This document shows positions 9,832 to 19,129 of a stretch of 64,000 nt of DNA, piece by piece (position 1 is the first letter of the stretch; every line of letters begins with the position of its first letter). The notes beneath the pieces were generated by a model. That model did no database searches. It was not told the DNA's origin and worked only from the letters and a program-made list of their open reading frames with translations. The stretch is from the NCBI GenBank assembly GCA_046290495.1, contig JBKAGT010000006.1:50056-114055 (forward strand), read 5' to 3'. The position numbers and the translations under genes are program-made. This stretch comes from Chlorobiota bacterium (GTDB lineage: Bacteria > Bacteroidota > Ignavibacteria > Kapaibacteriales > UBA2268).

Positions 9832-11277
9832 ATGATAGATACTCACGCACACATAGACACAGAGAGATTTGAAGAAGACTTTGATGAAGTGATCAACAGG
9901 GCAAAAGAATCTGGGGTTGAAAAAGTAATAATACCAGCTATCGAGCCAGCTGCATTTGATAGAATAGTAGAATTAGCAGAAAAGTATGACGAAATATACT
10001 TCGGTATTGGAGTACATCCACACAGTGCAGATAAATATGATGATGAGGTAGGTGCTAAAATATATGAAATAGCTTCCTCTCATCCGAAATGTGTAGCTGT
10101 CGGTGAAATCGGACTTGATTATTTCTATGATAATTTACCTGATAGAAGAGTGCAGCAACATGCTTTCAGAGAACAAATTAAAATAGCAAAGAAAGTTGGG
10201 AAGCCAATAATCGTTCACAATCGGGATTCAGATGAAGATCTTATTACATTGCTTTCTGATGAAAAAGATGAAAATTTGGATGCAGTATTGCACTGTTTCC
10301 CTGACTCAGTAGATTTACTAAAAAATGCCATGGATTTGGGGTTTTATGTATCATTTACTGGTAATATTACGTTTAAGAAGTCTGAACATAAAGAAGTTTT
10401 GGAACAAGTACCTATGGATAGGTTTATGATAGAAACTGATTCGCCATATATGGCACCTGTACCAAATAGAGGTAAAAGAAATGAACCAAGCTTCGTAACT
10501 GAAATAGCAAAAAAAATATCTGAGGTTAAAAATATGAAATATGAAACTATTGTAGAGCAAACAATTTCGAACACAAAGAAGTTCTTCGGAATTGCAACTC
10601 TTCTAATAGCTATGTTGGCTATGTCAACTACAGCTTATTCGCAAGATGAGGAATATTACTACGACGATGAGGAAGACGATTCACCTGTAGAAATTTACGA
10701 GGAAGCACCTTATCCAAAATTCATCGGAATTGGTGGGTTCGTTGGTACTAACACAATCGTGGAAAGCCAAACATTTATTGAAGATGAGAATAAAGAAAGT
10801 GAGAATATCTCTTACGAAGGTATCATTGCTTTTGGTGGAACAGTTACTTTTGGTGGTATAGCTGATTACTTGATTCTTCAAGCTGGGTACTCTTACTCAA
10901 AAAATGAAAAACCAGTAATTACTGCTGGTGCGTTAGAGCCGAATATACACCAAATTATTGAGCTTTCAAGTTTATGGATTCCTAATCCCCACAATAAAAT
11001 TAATGTATATGGTATATTAGGACCAAGTTTTATCATGAATTCAATCAATGGAAATGAAAACTCTCAACTTGGTATTAATACCGGAGTGGGTTTTATTCTT
11101 AATATTCCGTTAGGCAATATTGGTTTGCTAAACTTAGCTGCTGAGTGGAAATTGAATTTTGAATTGACTTCTGTAGAGAGAGAACTTTTAAAAGCTGATA
11201 ATGAATTTGAAACTATAGAGTCGAACAACTTCTACTCTATACCAAGACTGAATCTGATATTCTATCCGAATTTCTAG
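9832..11277 (+). CDS. TatD-family metal-dependent hydrolase fused in frame to a signal-peptide-bearing outer-membrane beta-barrel-like domain
   Basis: ORF-track start 9829 is TTG; the first ATG is 9832 (MIDTHAHID..). Residues about 1-255 are TatD-like and end ..NTKKFFG, where TatD proteins normally stop. The frame continues without any stop into IATLLIAMLAMSTTAYSQ (signal-peptide-like). It then runs through an acidic linker and about 200 aa with alternating-hydrophobic strands ending ..LIFYPNF (terminal Phe). Confidence 0.7.
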   Translation: MIDTHAHIDTERFEEDFDEVINRAKESGVEKVIIPAIEPAAFDRIVELAEKYDEIYFGIGVHPHSADKYDDEVGAKIYEIASSHPKCVAVGEIGLDYFYDNLPDRRVQQHAFREQIKIAKKVGKPIIVHNRDSDEDLITLLSDEKDENLDAVLHCFPDSVDLLKNAMDLGFYVSFTGNITFKKSEHKEVLEQVPMDRFMIETDSPYMAPVPNRGKRNEPSFVTEIAKKISEVKNMKYETIVEQTISNTKKFFGIATLLIAMLAMSTTAYSQDEEYYYDDEEDDSPVEIYEEAPYPKFIGIGGFVGTNTIVESQTFIEDENKESENISYEGIIAFGGTVTFGGIADYLILQAGYSYSKNEKPVITAGALEPNIHQIIELSSLWIPNPHNKINVYGILGPSFIMNSINGNENSQLGINTGVGFILNIPLGNIGLLNLAAEWKLNFELTSVERELLKADNEFETIESNNFYSIPRLNLIFYPNF

Positions 11278-11281
11278 AACA

Positions 11282-12544
11282 ATGCAGTTGTCAAGTGCAT
11301 TAAAATCGTTAGGTCCGGGGCTGCTCTTCGCTGGGGCAGCCGTTGGCGTATCTCACTTGGTACAATCTACTAGAGCAGGTGCTACTTATGGCTACGAATT
11401 AGTCTGGGCAGTTCTGCTAATCAATCTCCTCAAATACCCTTTCTTCGAAATTGGTCAAAGATACACCACAGTAATGGGCGAAAGTATCATTCGTGGATAT
11501 TCTAGGTTAGGTGACTGGGCTGTTAAGCTATATCTAGCACTTAACATTGTGCTATCTGTATTTACAGTGGCCGCAATTACATTCGTGGCCTCTGCTATGT
11601 TCAACTTTCTGTTTTTCAATTTCACAGGAAACACACTGTCAAACGAAGTTACGTCAGTAGTTTATCTTGGTATAGTTCTAGTTATTTTAAATGCTGGAAA
11701 GTATAATCTTTTCGAGAGCTTTGTGAAATACCTTACTCTTTCACTCAGTGTGTTGACCCTTATCTCTTTTATTATTGCTCTAACCATAGGTGGGCAACAC
11801 AGCACAGATTTCATTCCACCAGAAATATTGAACCAAGCAGGAATTGGATTCCTGTTAGCACTAATGGGTTGGATGCCGGCACCCTTAGAACTCTCTAGTT
11901 GGACTTCTATGTGGTCACTAGAAAATGATAAAGCAAACAAAAGCAAAAAATCATTGTCGGACTCTTTGTTTGACTTTAATGTAGGGTATATAGTCAGTGT
12001 CGTATTAGCAATATGTTTTTTGGGGCTTGGAGCTTCTGTAATGTATGGTAGTGGTGATACTATATCTGGCAAGGCTGTTGTTTTTGCATCTCAATTGCTA
12101 TCACTTTACACCGAAGTAATCGGTTCTTGGAGTAAGACTATAATTGCATTTATTATGTTTGCCACTATGCTCTCAACAGTTATTACTTGTGTAGACGCAT
12201 ATCCACGAGCATTGGCTGAATCACTTGGGATAATAAGAAATACTGACTCAGATAAATCGAAGAAAAAATATCTCCTAGTTTTTCAGCTATTTGTAGCCAT
12301 TGTTTCTTCGGTGCTAATAGTATTTTTTACCCAATCGCTCACTCTTTTCGTAGATTTGGTGACAATAATTTCGTTCATTTCATCTCCAATTGTAGCATTG
12401 CTCAATTTCATGATAGTGAGAAAATCTTTTTTCCCTGCTGAGTATCAGCCCTCCAAATGGCTCAATTATTTGAGCTATATTGGTATTGCATTCTTCTTCG
12501 GCTTTGTAGCTCTCTTTTTATACAGCAAATTATTTATGTCATAA
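11282..12544 (+). CDS. Nramp-related (MntH-like) polytopic membrane transporter
   Basis: 420 aa, 10-12 TM helices. N-terminus aligns with MntH (LGPGLLFAGAAVGVSHLVQSTRAGATYGYELVWAVLL vs [37 protein letters not shown]), but DPGN is replaced by GVSH. Confidence 0.55.
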   Translation: MQLSSALKSLGPGLLFAGAAVGVSHLVQSTRAGATYGYELVWAVLLINLLKYPFFEIGQRYTTVMGESIIRGYSRLGDWAVKLYLALNIVLSVFTVAAITFVASAMFNFLFFNFTGNTLSNEVTSVVYLGIVLVILNAGKYNLFESFVKYLTLSLSVLTLISFIIALTIGGQHSTDFIPPEILNQAGIGFLLALMGWMPAPLELSSWTSMWSLENDKANKSKKSLSDSLFDFNVGYIVSVVLAICFLGLGASVMYGSGDTISGKAVVFASQLLSLYTEVIGSWSKTIIAFIMFATMLSTVITCVDAYPRALAESLGIIRNTDSDKSKKKYLLVFQLFVAIVSSVLIVFFTQSLTLFVDLVTIISFISSPIVALLNFMIVRKSFFPAEYQPSKWLNYLSYIGIAFFFGFVALFLYSKLFMS

Positions 12545-13119
12545 TGAATTCTGTTTACGAAGATGAAGATCTGATATATATAGAGTCTGCAATAGATTCG
12601 GATTATTCCTACCAGTTAATGGATCAGTTGAAAAAGAGTATAGATTGGACTCAAGATGAGATTTTTATGTTTGGCAGGAAAGTAAAAATACCTCGCTTGA
12701 GCAGTTGGTACGGTGACCCGAATGCAAACTATAGCTATTCTGGTTTGCAGCTAACACCAAACAAATGGACGGAAGAACTAATTGAAATAAAGACAATAGC
12801 TGAGAATCAATCCAAACAGATTTATAACAGCGTATTACTAAACTTTTATCGCGATGGAAATGACTCTATGGGTTGGCACTCAGATGATGAGAAAGAGCTA
12901 GGAGTGAATCCTGCAATAGCATCGGTTTCGCTGGGAGGTGAGCGGAGATTTCTCATTAGAGAAAGAAAAGACCACAAGAATAAGAGAGAAATAACACTAA
13001 AAAATGGTAGTTTGTTGATTATGAAAAGTGGATTCCAAAGCAGATATCAACACTCAATACCGAAAACGAGGAAAAAAGTAGGGGAGAGAATTAACTTGAC
13101 ATTCAGGAGGATAGTATGA
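12544..13119 (+). CDS. alkB: alpha-ketoglutarate-dependent dioxygenase AlkB (DNA/RNA repair 2OG-Fe(II) oxygenase)
   Basis: Start ATG overlaps the upstream TAA (TAATG). The track's 12457 start lies inside the previous gene. Motifs ..LLNFYRDGNDSMGWHSDDE.. and ..IPKT.R.NLTFRR. Confidence 0.8.
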   Translation: MNSVYEDEDLIYIESAIDSDYSYQLMDQLKKSIDWTQDEIFMFGRKVKIPRLSSWYGDPNANYSYSGLQLTPNKWTEELIEIKTIAENQSKQIYNSVLLNFYRDGNDSMGWHSDDEKELGVNPAIASVSLGGERRFLIRERKDHKNKREITLKNGSLLIMKSGFQSRYQHSIPKTRKKVGERINLTFRRIV

Positions 13120-14243
13120 CTAAAGATTCTGAAATTTTTATAGGTGTGATGACTGGTACATCTATGGATGGAATAGATATAGCTGCTGCCAAGTTTAACA
13201 CGGACAATATTGAAATACTATCTATGGGAGAGTATAGCTTTAGTCCTGAACTGCAACAGTATCTGCTGAACCTAAAGGATAAGACCACCTTACAAGAAAT
13301 ATCGCAACTAAATGTAAGATTTGCTGATGAAGTGGCGAACGCAATAAATCTATTCTTGAAAGAGAATGGGATAAATAAAGAAGATGTTAATTCAATTGGT
13401 TTTCATGGTCAGACGGTATGGCATCAGCCAGATTCAATAGAATTTGTTGGCCAAAAAACGGCTTCCACTTACCAGATTGGTTCTGCTGCTCAGCTTGCAA
13501 TTAAGACAGGAATAAATGTAGTTTCAAATTTCAGAGAGGCCGACATAGCGCTCGAAGGTCAAGGGGCGCCACTTGTTCCAATATTCGACTATAGCTATTT
13601 GAAATTAGAATCTGAAGACACTATTGTTCTAAACATAGGTGGAATAGCTAACATAACATATCTGCCAAAAGGTGCTGGTAAAAGTGATGTGATTGCGTTT
13701 GATACTGGGCCAGGGAACTGCTTGATAGATATGATAGCGGCAAAATCATTTGGGAAGAGCTATGATGCAGGTGGAGAAATAGCAAAATCAGGAAAGCTTG
13801 ATGAATCTCTTCTCAGTAAATTGATGAATGAAGATTACATTTCCGCGAAATATCCTAAATCAACTGGCAAAGAGCTATTCAATAATGACTTTATTGACCG
13901 ATATAATACCCACGAACTGAAAGATGAAGATTTGCTATGCACTCTTACTCACTTTACAGCTAAGTCCATAGCACAAAATATAGGGCAAGTAACAAATAAT
14001 AATTATAGATTATTAGTTGCAGGAGGTGGAGCAAAAAATAATTTCCTTATAGAGCTAATAGAGAGCTACTCTAACCAAAAAACAGAAAGAATAGTGCTAG
14101 ACGGCAAAGATATAACAGGCAGCCGAGAGGCATTGCTGATGGCACAACTCGCATACTTGAGAGTGAATGAGTTGCCAGGCAATATTCCTTCAGTTACCGG
14201 TGCAAGAAGAGAAGTTGTTCTGGGTAGTGCTACTCTATCATGA
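13116..14243 (+). CDS. anmK: anhydro-N-acetylmuramic acid kinase
   Basis: 375 aa. N-terminus IGVMTGTSMDGIDIAAAKF. ATGA overlap with alkB. AGGAGG upstream. Confidence 0.9.
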   Translation: MTKDSEIFIGVMTGTSMDGIDIAAAKFNTDNIEILSMGEYSFSPELQQYLLNLKDKTTLQEISQLNVRFADEVANAINLFLKENGINKEDVNSIGFHGQTVWHQPDSIEFVGQKTASTYQIGSAAQLAIKTGINVVSNFREADIALEGQGAPLVPIFDYSYLKLESEDTIVLNIGGIANITYLPKGAGKSDVIAFDTGPGNCLIDMIAAKSFGKSYDAGGEIAKSGKLDESLLSKLMNEDYISAKYPKSTGKELFNNDFIDRYNTHELKDEDLLCTLTHFTAKSIAQNIGQVTNNNYRLLVAGGGAKNNFLIELIESYSNQKTERIVLDGKDITGSREALLMAQLAYLRVNELPGNIPSVTGARREVVLGSATLS

Positions 14244-14398
14244 ATTATAGGTGACAAATATATTCACTATTTTGATCTGCTATTACTCCTAGATTCTTCG
14301 GGTGCTACAACACCCTCTGAATAGACGACACTCCAATTCTGATGTATAGAAATTCTTGATATAACCATCATTTCAGATTATAGCTCAGCACTGACAAA

Positions 14399-15469
14399 TC
14401 ACTTCCCATTTATCCAATTAGCTATGTCTTCAAGCACTACTGGTGCTATTGTTTGCTCTATTGTCGAATATTCTTGAGGCATACCTGTTTCGCTTTCTTG
14501 CATTAGGTGGTTTAGCTTGTCATATTTCTTTATTGTTAATTGATTGTTTCCTGCCAGTTTTAGTCCTTTCTCTATTCCGGCTAAGTTCTCGTCAGGTAAT
14601 ACTTGTAGGTCATTCTTGCCATTCAGAGCTAATACTCTACAATCTATATTTTTCAAATAGTCAGCAGGGTCAATGCGTACATATTCAACAAACCAAGGAG
14701 CTGTTAGTTGATCAGTTATTGCCTTTAGCTGTGTTGCAGGTAATTGACCATTATACAACTTGTTGAAGTAGCTTGAAACTAATAATCTTAACTTCTTATT
14801 TGTTTTCTCAGTATTCTTGTTTATTATGTCATAAGCGCCTTCTATCTGTTTGCCACTTGCTTCTACTTGCATCTCTGTCATTCCCATTTTTCTCTCAATA
14901 GCTACTTTTTGAAGTAGCATAAGCTTGTCGCCTTTTATCCCTCCACTTGCCATCAGAACCATGAAGTCAATATCCTCTGAGTTACTAGTCATAATAGTTG
15001 CTATAGCGCCACCTAAGCTATGTCCCAAAACACCAACTTCGCTTATATTCAAGTCCTGAGATTTTACATAGTCTAATGCCGCCTGAGCATCTGCTACAAA
15101 ATCGAACAATGTCGCAGTGCCATACTCACCGCCAGTACCACCTACGCCCCTGTCATCCATTCTCAATGTAGCTATACCATTTCTAGAGAGGTGATCAGCT
15201 AATACCCAAAATGGCTTGTGTCCCAAAATTTCAGAGTCTCTGTTTTGAGCACCACTACCATTGAGTAGAATTATCAGCGGATAATCACCATCACCCTCAG
15301 GTATGGTGAGTGTGCCTGCAATATTGATATTGTCCTTTTCATTCTTAAACACTACCTCTTTTACCTCATACGGAAATGGTTCTTTGGGGTCTTGCGGCTT
15401 AGAAACTAGCACAGAACAAGAGAGAATTGTAAGTACAATCCCGGTTAACAAAGTATAAAACTTATTCAT
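14399..15469 (-). CDS. alpha/beta-hydrolase (S9/prolyl-oligopeptidase-like) lipoprotein
   Basis: 356 aa. Lipobox ILSC. Nucleophile elbow GHSLGG. ATGA-coupled to the upstream SdpI-like gene. Confidence 0.8.
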   Translation of the reverse strand: MNKFYTLLTGIVLTILSCSVLVSKPQDPKEPFPYEVKEVVFKNEKDNINIAGTLTIPEGDGDYPLIILLNGSGAQNRDSEILGHKPFWVLADHLSRNGIATLRMDDRGVGGTGGEYGTATLFDFVADAQAALDYVKSQDLNISEVGVLGHSLGGAIATIMTSNSEDIDFMVLMASGGIKGDKLMLLQKVAIERKMGMTEMQVEASGKQIEGAYDIINKNTEKTNKKLRLLVSSYFNKLYNGQLPATQLKAITDQLTAPWFVEYVRIDPADYLKNIDCRVLALNGKNDLQVLPDENLAGIEKGLKLAGNNQLTIKKYDKLNHLMQESETGMPQEYSTIEQTIAPVVLEDIANWINGK

Positions 15470-16113
15470 TTCTTTTCTCCTTTATAAATTAGATATGAGT
15501 GCACAATTGGTGCTAAAGTTATGATAATAGTTATTCCAATGAATACTATAAAATTAATTTCGATAGGTAAGAAAAAGCTCAATGCAATAATTACTAAGCC
15601 ACCAATAAACCAAAGCTTACTAGCAGATTTATGGGTTTTTCGCCATACATCTTCACTTTCTAATGTCCATGGAGTTCTGATTCCTATAAAGTAATTAGGC
15701 TTCAAAGTCTTTATGTAGTTCCCAAGAATTATAAAGAAAACTCCGAATATAATTGTAATAGTTGCTGAGCCAAAACTTTCTGCTGTTTTTGAAGCATACA
15801 ATATGTATAGAGCCATCGCTGACATAACTCCCGTAAGCAATAATTTCAAACTCTGGTATTTCCTGTTGTCAGCATCTAATCGTTTTTTAGGGTCTATCAT
15901 AGGAGCAAATAAGAAGACTATAAATGTTAGCATAGGCAATGCAAAAGGTATAGCAATAAGTATTCCTTTGCTGCCATAGTCATCTATCTCACCCTCTATG
16001 TTCCAATGAATAGGAACCGTATCTGGCAATTCACCCCATATAGTTGCTAAGTATATGAATGGAATTGCTATCAAAATAATTGCAATTATATCATAACGTA
16101 GATTAAGTCTCAT
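15466..16113 (-). CDS. SdpI/YhfL-family (DUF1648-like) membrane protein
   Basis: Multi-TM protein with a PIHWNIEGEIDDYGSKG motif. Start taken as ATG 16113, forming an ATGA overlap with the ArsR stop; the ORF-track start 16140 lies inside the ArsR gene. Confidence 0.7.
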   Translation of the reverse strand: MRLNLRYDIIAIILIAIPFIYLATIWGELPDTVPIHWNIEGEIDDYGSKGILIAIPFALPMLTFIVFLFAPMIDPKKRLDADNRKYQSLKLLLTGVMSAMALYILYASKTAESFGSATITIIFGVFFIILGNYIKTLKPNYFIGIRTPWTLESEDVWRKTHKSASKLWFIGGLVIIALSFFLPIEINFIVFIGITIIITLAPIVHSYLIYKGEKK

Positions 16114-16370
16114 TTCTTCTCCTTCAAGTTTACTACCCAATTGAACAAGTCGTCCAAAACACTGGTATTAAGTGAATAGACAAGGAACTGACCCTTCTTT
16201 TCTGAAGTAACTAAGTCAGCTCGTTTTAGTATTTCTAAGTGATGGGAAATGCTGGGTTTTGTCATTTCAAACTCGTCAGCGATTTCACCAGCACTCAAAT
16301 CTCCATTTTTTAATAGCTCAATGATTCGTCTTCTAGTCTTATCATTGAGCGCTTTGAATAAATTATTCAT
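16110..16370 (-). CDS. ArsR/SmtB (SdpR-like) family transcriptional regulator
   Basis: wHTH: FKALNDKTRRRIIELLKNGDLSAGEIADEFEMTKPSISHHLEILKRADLV. The ORF-track start 16394 is TTG; the first ATG (16370) gives 86 aa, typical for this family. Confidence 0.8.
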   Translation of the reverse strand: MNNLFKALNDKTRRRIIELLKNGDLSAGEIADEFEMTKPSISHHLEILKRADLVTSEKKGQFLVYSLNTSVLDDLFNWVVNLKEKK

Positions 16371-16378
16371 ATTGCCAT

Positions 16379-16402
16379 TTAGATATTTAGACAAATATCT
16401 AA
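16379..16402. promoter_or_regulatory. perfect 10-bp inverted repeat directly upstream of the ArsR-family gene (candidate autoregulatory operator)
   Basis: TTAGATATTT-agac-AAATATCTAA. It lies 9 nt 5' of the ATG at 16370 on the coding strand, with an AT-rich -10-like TATAAAAT just beyond. Confidence 0.45.
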
Positions 16403-16455
16403 ATACTTTTTATAAAATCAAAATTTCTCTAAGAAAATCTTTAAGAAATCTCGGA

Positions 16456-17295
16456 TTATCTTATTAAAAAACCACGGATATTATTGCCTATACGCAGGGC
16501 AGGGAGGGGAACTTTATATTTTTCTAATATATTTATTATTAACTGTAGATAGTAGCTGTCTTTGACAATATCGAATTGCTTGAAGTAATTCCAATTGACA
16601 TCGAGTCCGAGATAAAACTGATGATGTCCAGCTCCATCTCTATCTATTCCACTTACACTATGACCTAGTGCCAGACCGAATGCGTTGTACCAATCGGTGG
16701 TCAGTTCGTCAGACATTGACCAAACATCAAAGCTGAACCAATGATTTGTAGCATTGTAATCATTGAAGACTGTTCTGTACTCCTCAGAGGAATAAGGATA
16801 ATAACTAATCTTTGGGGTTATGTTATTTAAATAAGGGTAATAATATTGCCCAACACTATAAGAAGCACCGAGTATGTTCGCAACCATATCGCCACGACTA
16901 AATCCTAAATAAGGCCTTCCATCAGAATACCCGTCATATATTTCGACAGCTGTTTGATGTAGCATAGATATACCAAATCCTATCCATGTGCCTATTTCAC
17001 GGTCTAGTCCACTCCATTCGGTTACTTTACTGAATGAATTTGCAAGAGCATAGGAGAAGTAGAAATGCCCAAGCTTATCTGCCATTAGTGCGTCATCATA
17101 TTCTAATCTCCAGCTTACTAAGTGCCACTCTGCTGGGTCATCCCAATACTCATTGCTTTGGAAATTATAAGAAAGTGCTATACCGCCAATAGTGCCGGCA
17201 CCCAAAATAGCAGCCCTTGTGACAGACAATGAATCTTCCGCCCTAATGTTTGAAGAAGTGAATAGTAGTATGAGTATGATTAAAAGCTTTTTCAA
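16456..17295 (-). CDS. hypothetical secreted protein (Tyr/Trp-rich)
   Basis: 279 aa. TTG start giving MKKLLIILILLFTSSNIRA signal peptide, with no in-frame ATG alternative. Possibly DUF2279-like, but that name is from memory only. Confidence 0.5.
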   Translation of the reverse strand: MKKLLIILILLFTSSNIRAEDSLSVTRAAILGAGTIGGIALSYNFQSNEYWDDPAEWHLVSWRLEYDDALMADKLGHFYFSYALANSFSKVTEWSGLDREIGTWIGFGISMLHQTAVEIYDGYSDGRPYLGFSRGDMVANILGASYSVGQYYYPYLNNITPKISYYPYSSEEYRTVFNDYNATNHWFSFDVWSMSDELTTDWYNAFGLALGHSVSGIDRDGAGHHQFYLGLDVNWNYFKQFDIVKDSYYLQLIINILEKYKVPLPALRIGNNIRGFLIR

Positions 17296-17338
17296 ATAAG
17301 TGTTAGTAAATGAATTGAATTATTCAATATAAAGAAAA

Positions 17339-17364
17339 AGCTACCCATTCTGAAATGAGTAGCT
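17339..17364 (-). terminator. hairpin downstream of the SulP gene
   Basis: AGCTACCCATT-ctga-AATGAGTAGCT (11-bp stem, one mismatch), followed on the minus strand by a T-rich tract. Confidence 0.5.
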
Positions 17365-17393
17365 TTAAAAAACTAAAATTAAGTATATTAAAG

Positions 17394-18989
17394 TTAGACT
17401 TTTGCTACAGCATCATCAAAATCTTTCAATGGATTTTGTTTGATTTGACCACCATTCAGCCCAATAACTTCTACTGTTACATTTATTGTTTTAGCATGTT
17501 CCTTGTAATCTTCTATTATTTCTATCACATCAGGGTGAATAGATTTAGTCTTGCTTCCATCAATAGTAATAGAAGAATTCTCAGGAATTTGATCTAATGT
17601 TCTCATTATCCCTGCTTTATTTAGGAAACTTACTTCTTGTGCTAAGTTTAATATATATTTATTTTTAGCACCATCGGTATTACTACTTACTTCATAAGGA
17701 GTTTTGTAATTGTTCCAAAGAATATATACTATTGCAACTGCTAGACCAAGTGAAATACCGATTAATAAATCTGTAAAGACAATACCTAAGATAGTAACAA
17801 TAAATGGTAAAAATTCTGCCCATCCTTTTTTATACATTTCTTTGAATAAGATTGGCTTAGCTAATTTGTAACCAACTACGAATAATATAGCTGCCAAACT
17901 TGCCAAAGGAATCATATTCAGAATGTTAGGGATAGTGATAGCACTGATAAGTAGCAATATACCATGCACAATAGCAGATATTTTAGTTTGCCCACCTGAC
18001 TGTATGTTTGCAGAGCTACGTACAATAACTTGAGTGATAGGTAAACCACCTATCAGACCAGAAACCATATTACCAACACCTTGAGCTGTTAGCTCTCTGT
18101 TAGTTGGAGTTACTCTTTTTTGTGGGTCTAACTTGTCAGTTGCTTCCACACAAAGTAATGTTTCCAAACTTGCGACTATGGCAATGGTAAATGCGGTCAT
18201 ATAGACGGCTGGATTAGTTAAAGCACCAAAATCAGGAGTTGTAAACTGGCCGAAAAAACCAGACAATGAGTCAGACACGGGAATGCTAACCAACTGATCA
18301 GACATTAGAGCTAGGCTCGGATTGTCTTGGAATACTATTCCCAATACTATACCAACAATTACAGCTACCAAAGGGCCTTGTATTAATTTAAGAGCGCTAA
18401 TACGCTTCATAAATGGTCTTTCCCAAAGGATTAATATTGCTAACGATACTGCCGCAATGATAAGTGCACCTGGACTTATGAAATCAATCATATTAATCAG
18501 TTCACTGAATGTATTTTGACCGTCTGGTTGCATGAAAGCTAAATCACCTTCAGGATCTGCATCATATCCAAATGCATGTGGTATTTGTTTTAGGAATATA
18601 ATTATACCTATACCAGCTAACATACCTTTTATAACCGAAGAAGGGAAGTAATAACCAATTACACCAGCTCTTGCTATACCTAATAAAATCTGGAAAGCCC
18701 CAGCAAGTACAACAGCCATTAGGAATACTTCAAAGCTACCTAGGTCTTGGATTGCAACTAATACGATAACTGCTAGACCAGCTGCAGGTCCACTCACTCC
18801 TTGAGCTGATTTGCTAATAGAGCCAACGACAATACCGCCAACTATACCAGCTATAATCCCAGAGAATAAAGGCGCTCCAGAAGCCAACGCTATTCCCAAA
18901 CAAAGTGGAATAGCCACTAGAAGAACAACTATACTTGCAGGTATATCGCTCTTCAAATTATTTATAAAATTATCTTTATTCGAATTCAT
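17394..18989 (-). CDS. SulP-family anion (sulfate/bicarbonate) permease with C-terminal STAS domain
   Basis: 531 aa, about 11 TM helices, C-terminal STAS-like fold (..ITIDGSKTKSIHPDVIEIIEDYKEHAK..). Confidence 0.9.
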   Translation of the reverse strand: MNSNKDNFINNLKSDIPASIVVLLVAIPLCLGIALASGAPLFSGIIAGIVGGIVVGSISKSAQGVSGPAAGLAVIVLVAIQDLGSFEVFLMAVVLAGAFQILLGIARAGVIGYYFPSSVIKGMLAGIGIIIFLKQIPHAFGYDADPEGDLAFMQPDGQNTFSELINMIDFISPGALIIAAVSLAILILWERPFMKRISALKLIQGPLVAVIVGIVLGIVFQDNPSLALMSDQLVSIPVSDSLSGFFGQFTTPDFGALTNPAVYMTAFTIAIVASLETLLCVEATDKLDPQKRVTPTNRELTAQGVGNMVSGLIGGLPITQVIVRSSANIQSGGQTKISAIVHGILLLISAITIPNILNMIPLASLAAILFVVGYKLAKPILFKEMYKKGWAEFLPFIVTILGIVFTDLLIGISLGLAVAIVYILWNNYKTPYEVSSNTDGAKNKYILNLAQEVSFLNKAGIMRTLDQIPENSSITIDGSKTKSIHPDVIEIIEDYKEHAKTINVTVEVIGLNGGQIKQNPLKDFDDAVAKV

Positions 18990-19129
18990 TTTTGTTCACA
19001 CTTTTTTTGTCACCTGTTGTATAACATACGTGACATTTAAATTACTAATAACATAGTACCACCATATTGGCAGTCTATCTTTCTATTTATATAAATTAAT
19101 CAACATAACGAGTGTTTGAAATAACCGTG

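Noticed and set aside
10344-10881. Three minus-strand ORFs antisense to the tatD-like gene, plus similar antisense ORFs inside czcA (25474..26400, 27352..28164)
   Set aside because: Each overlaps a strongly supported coding region on the opposite strand and has no recognisable features. They are shadow ORFs.
12457-12543. Upstream extension of alkB from 12457
   Set aside because: It lies entirely within the 3' end of the Nramp-like gene. The ATG at 12544 overlaps that gene's TAA (TAATG) and starts the AlkB homology.
14299-14316. GGGTG-ctacaa-CACCC hairpin between convergent anmK and hydrolase genes
   Set aside because: It is only a 5-bp stem with no flanking T/A run on either strand, so it is too weak to call a terminator.
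14365-14398. tRNA-like D-arm motif TATAGCTCAGCACTGAC
   Set aside because: There is no acceptor-stem pairing, anticodon arm or GTTCGANTC T-loop. It runs straight into the 3' end of the hydrolase gene, so it is a chance match.
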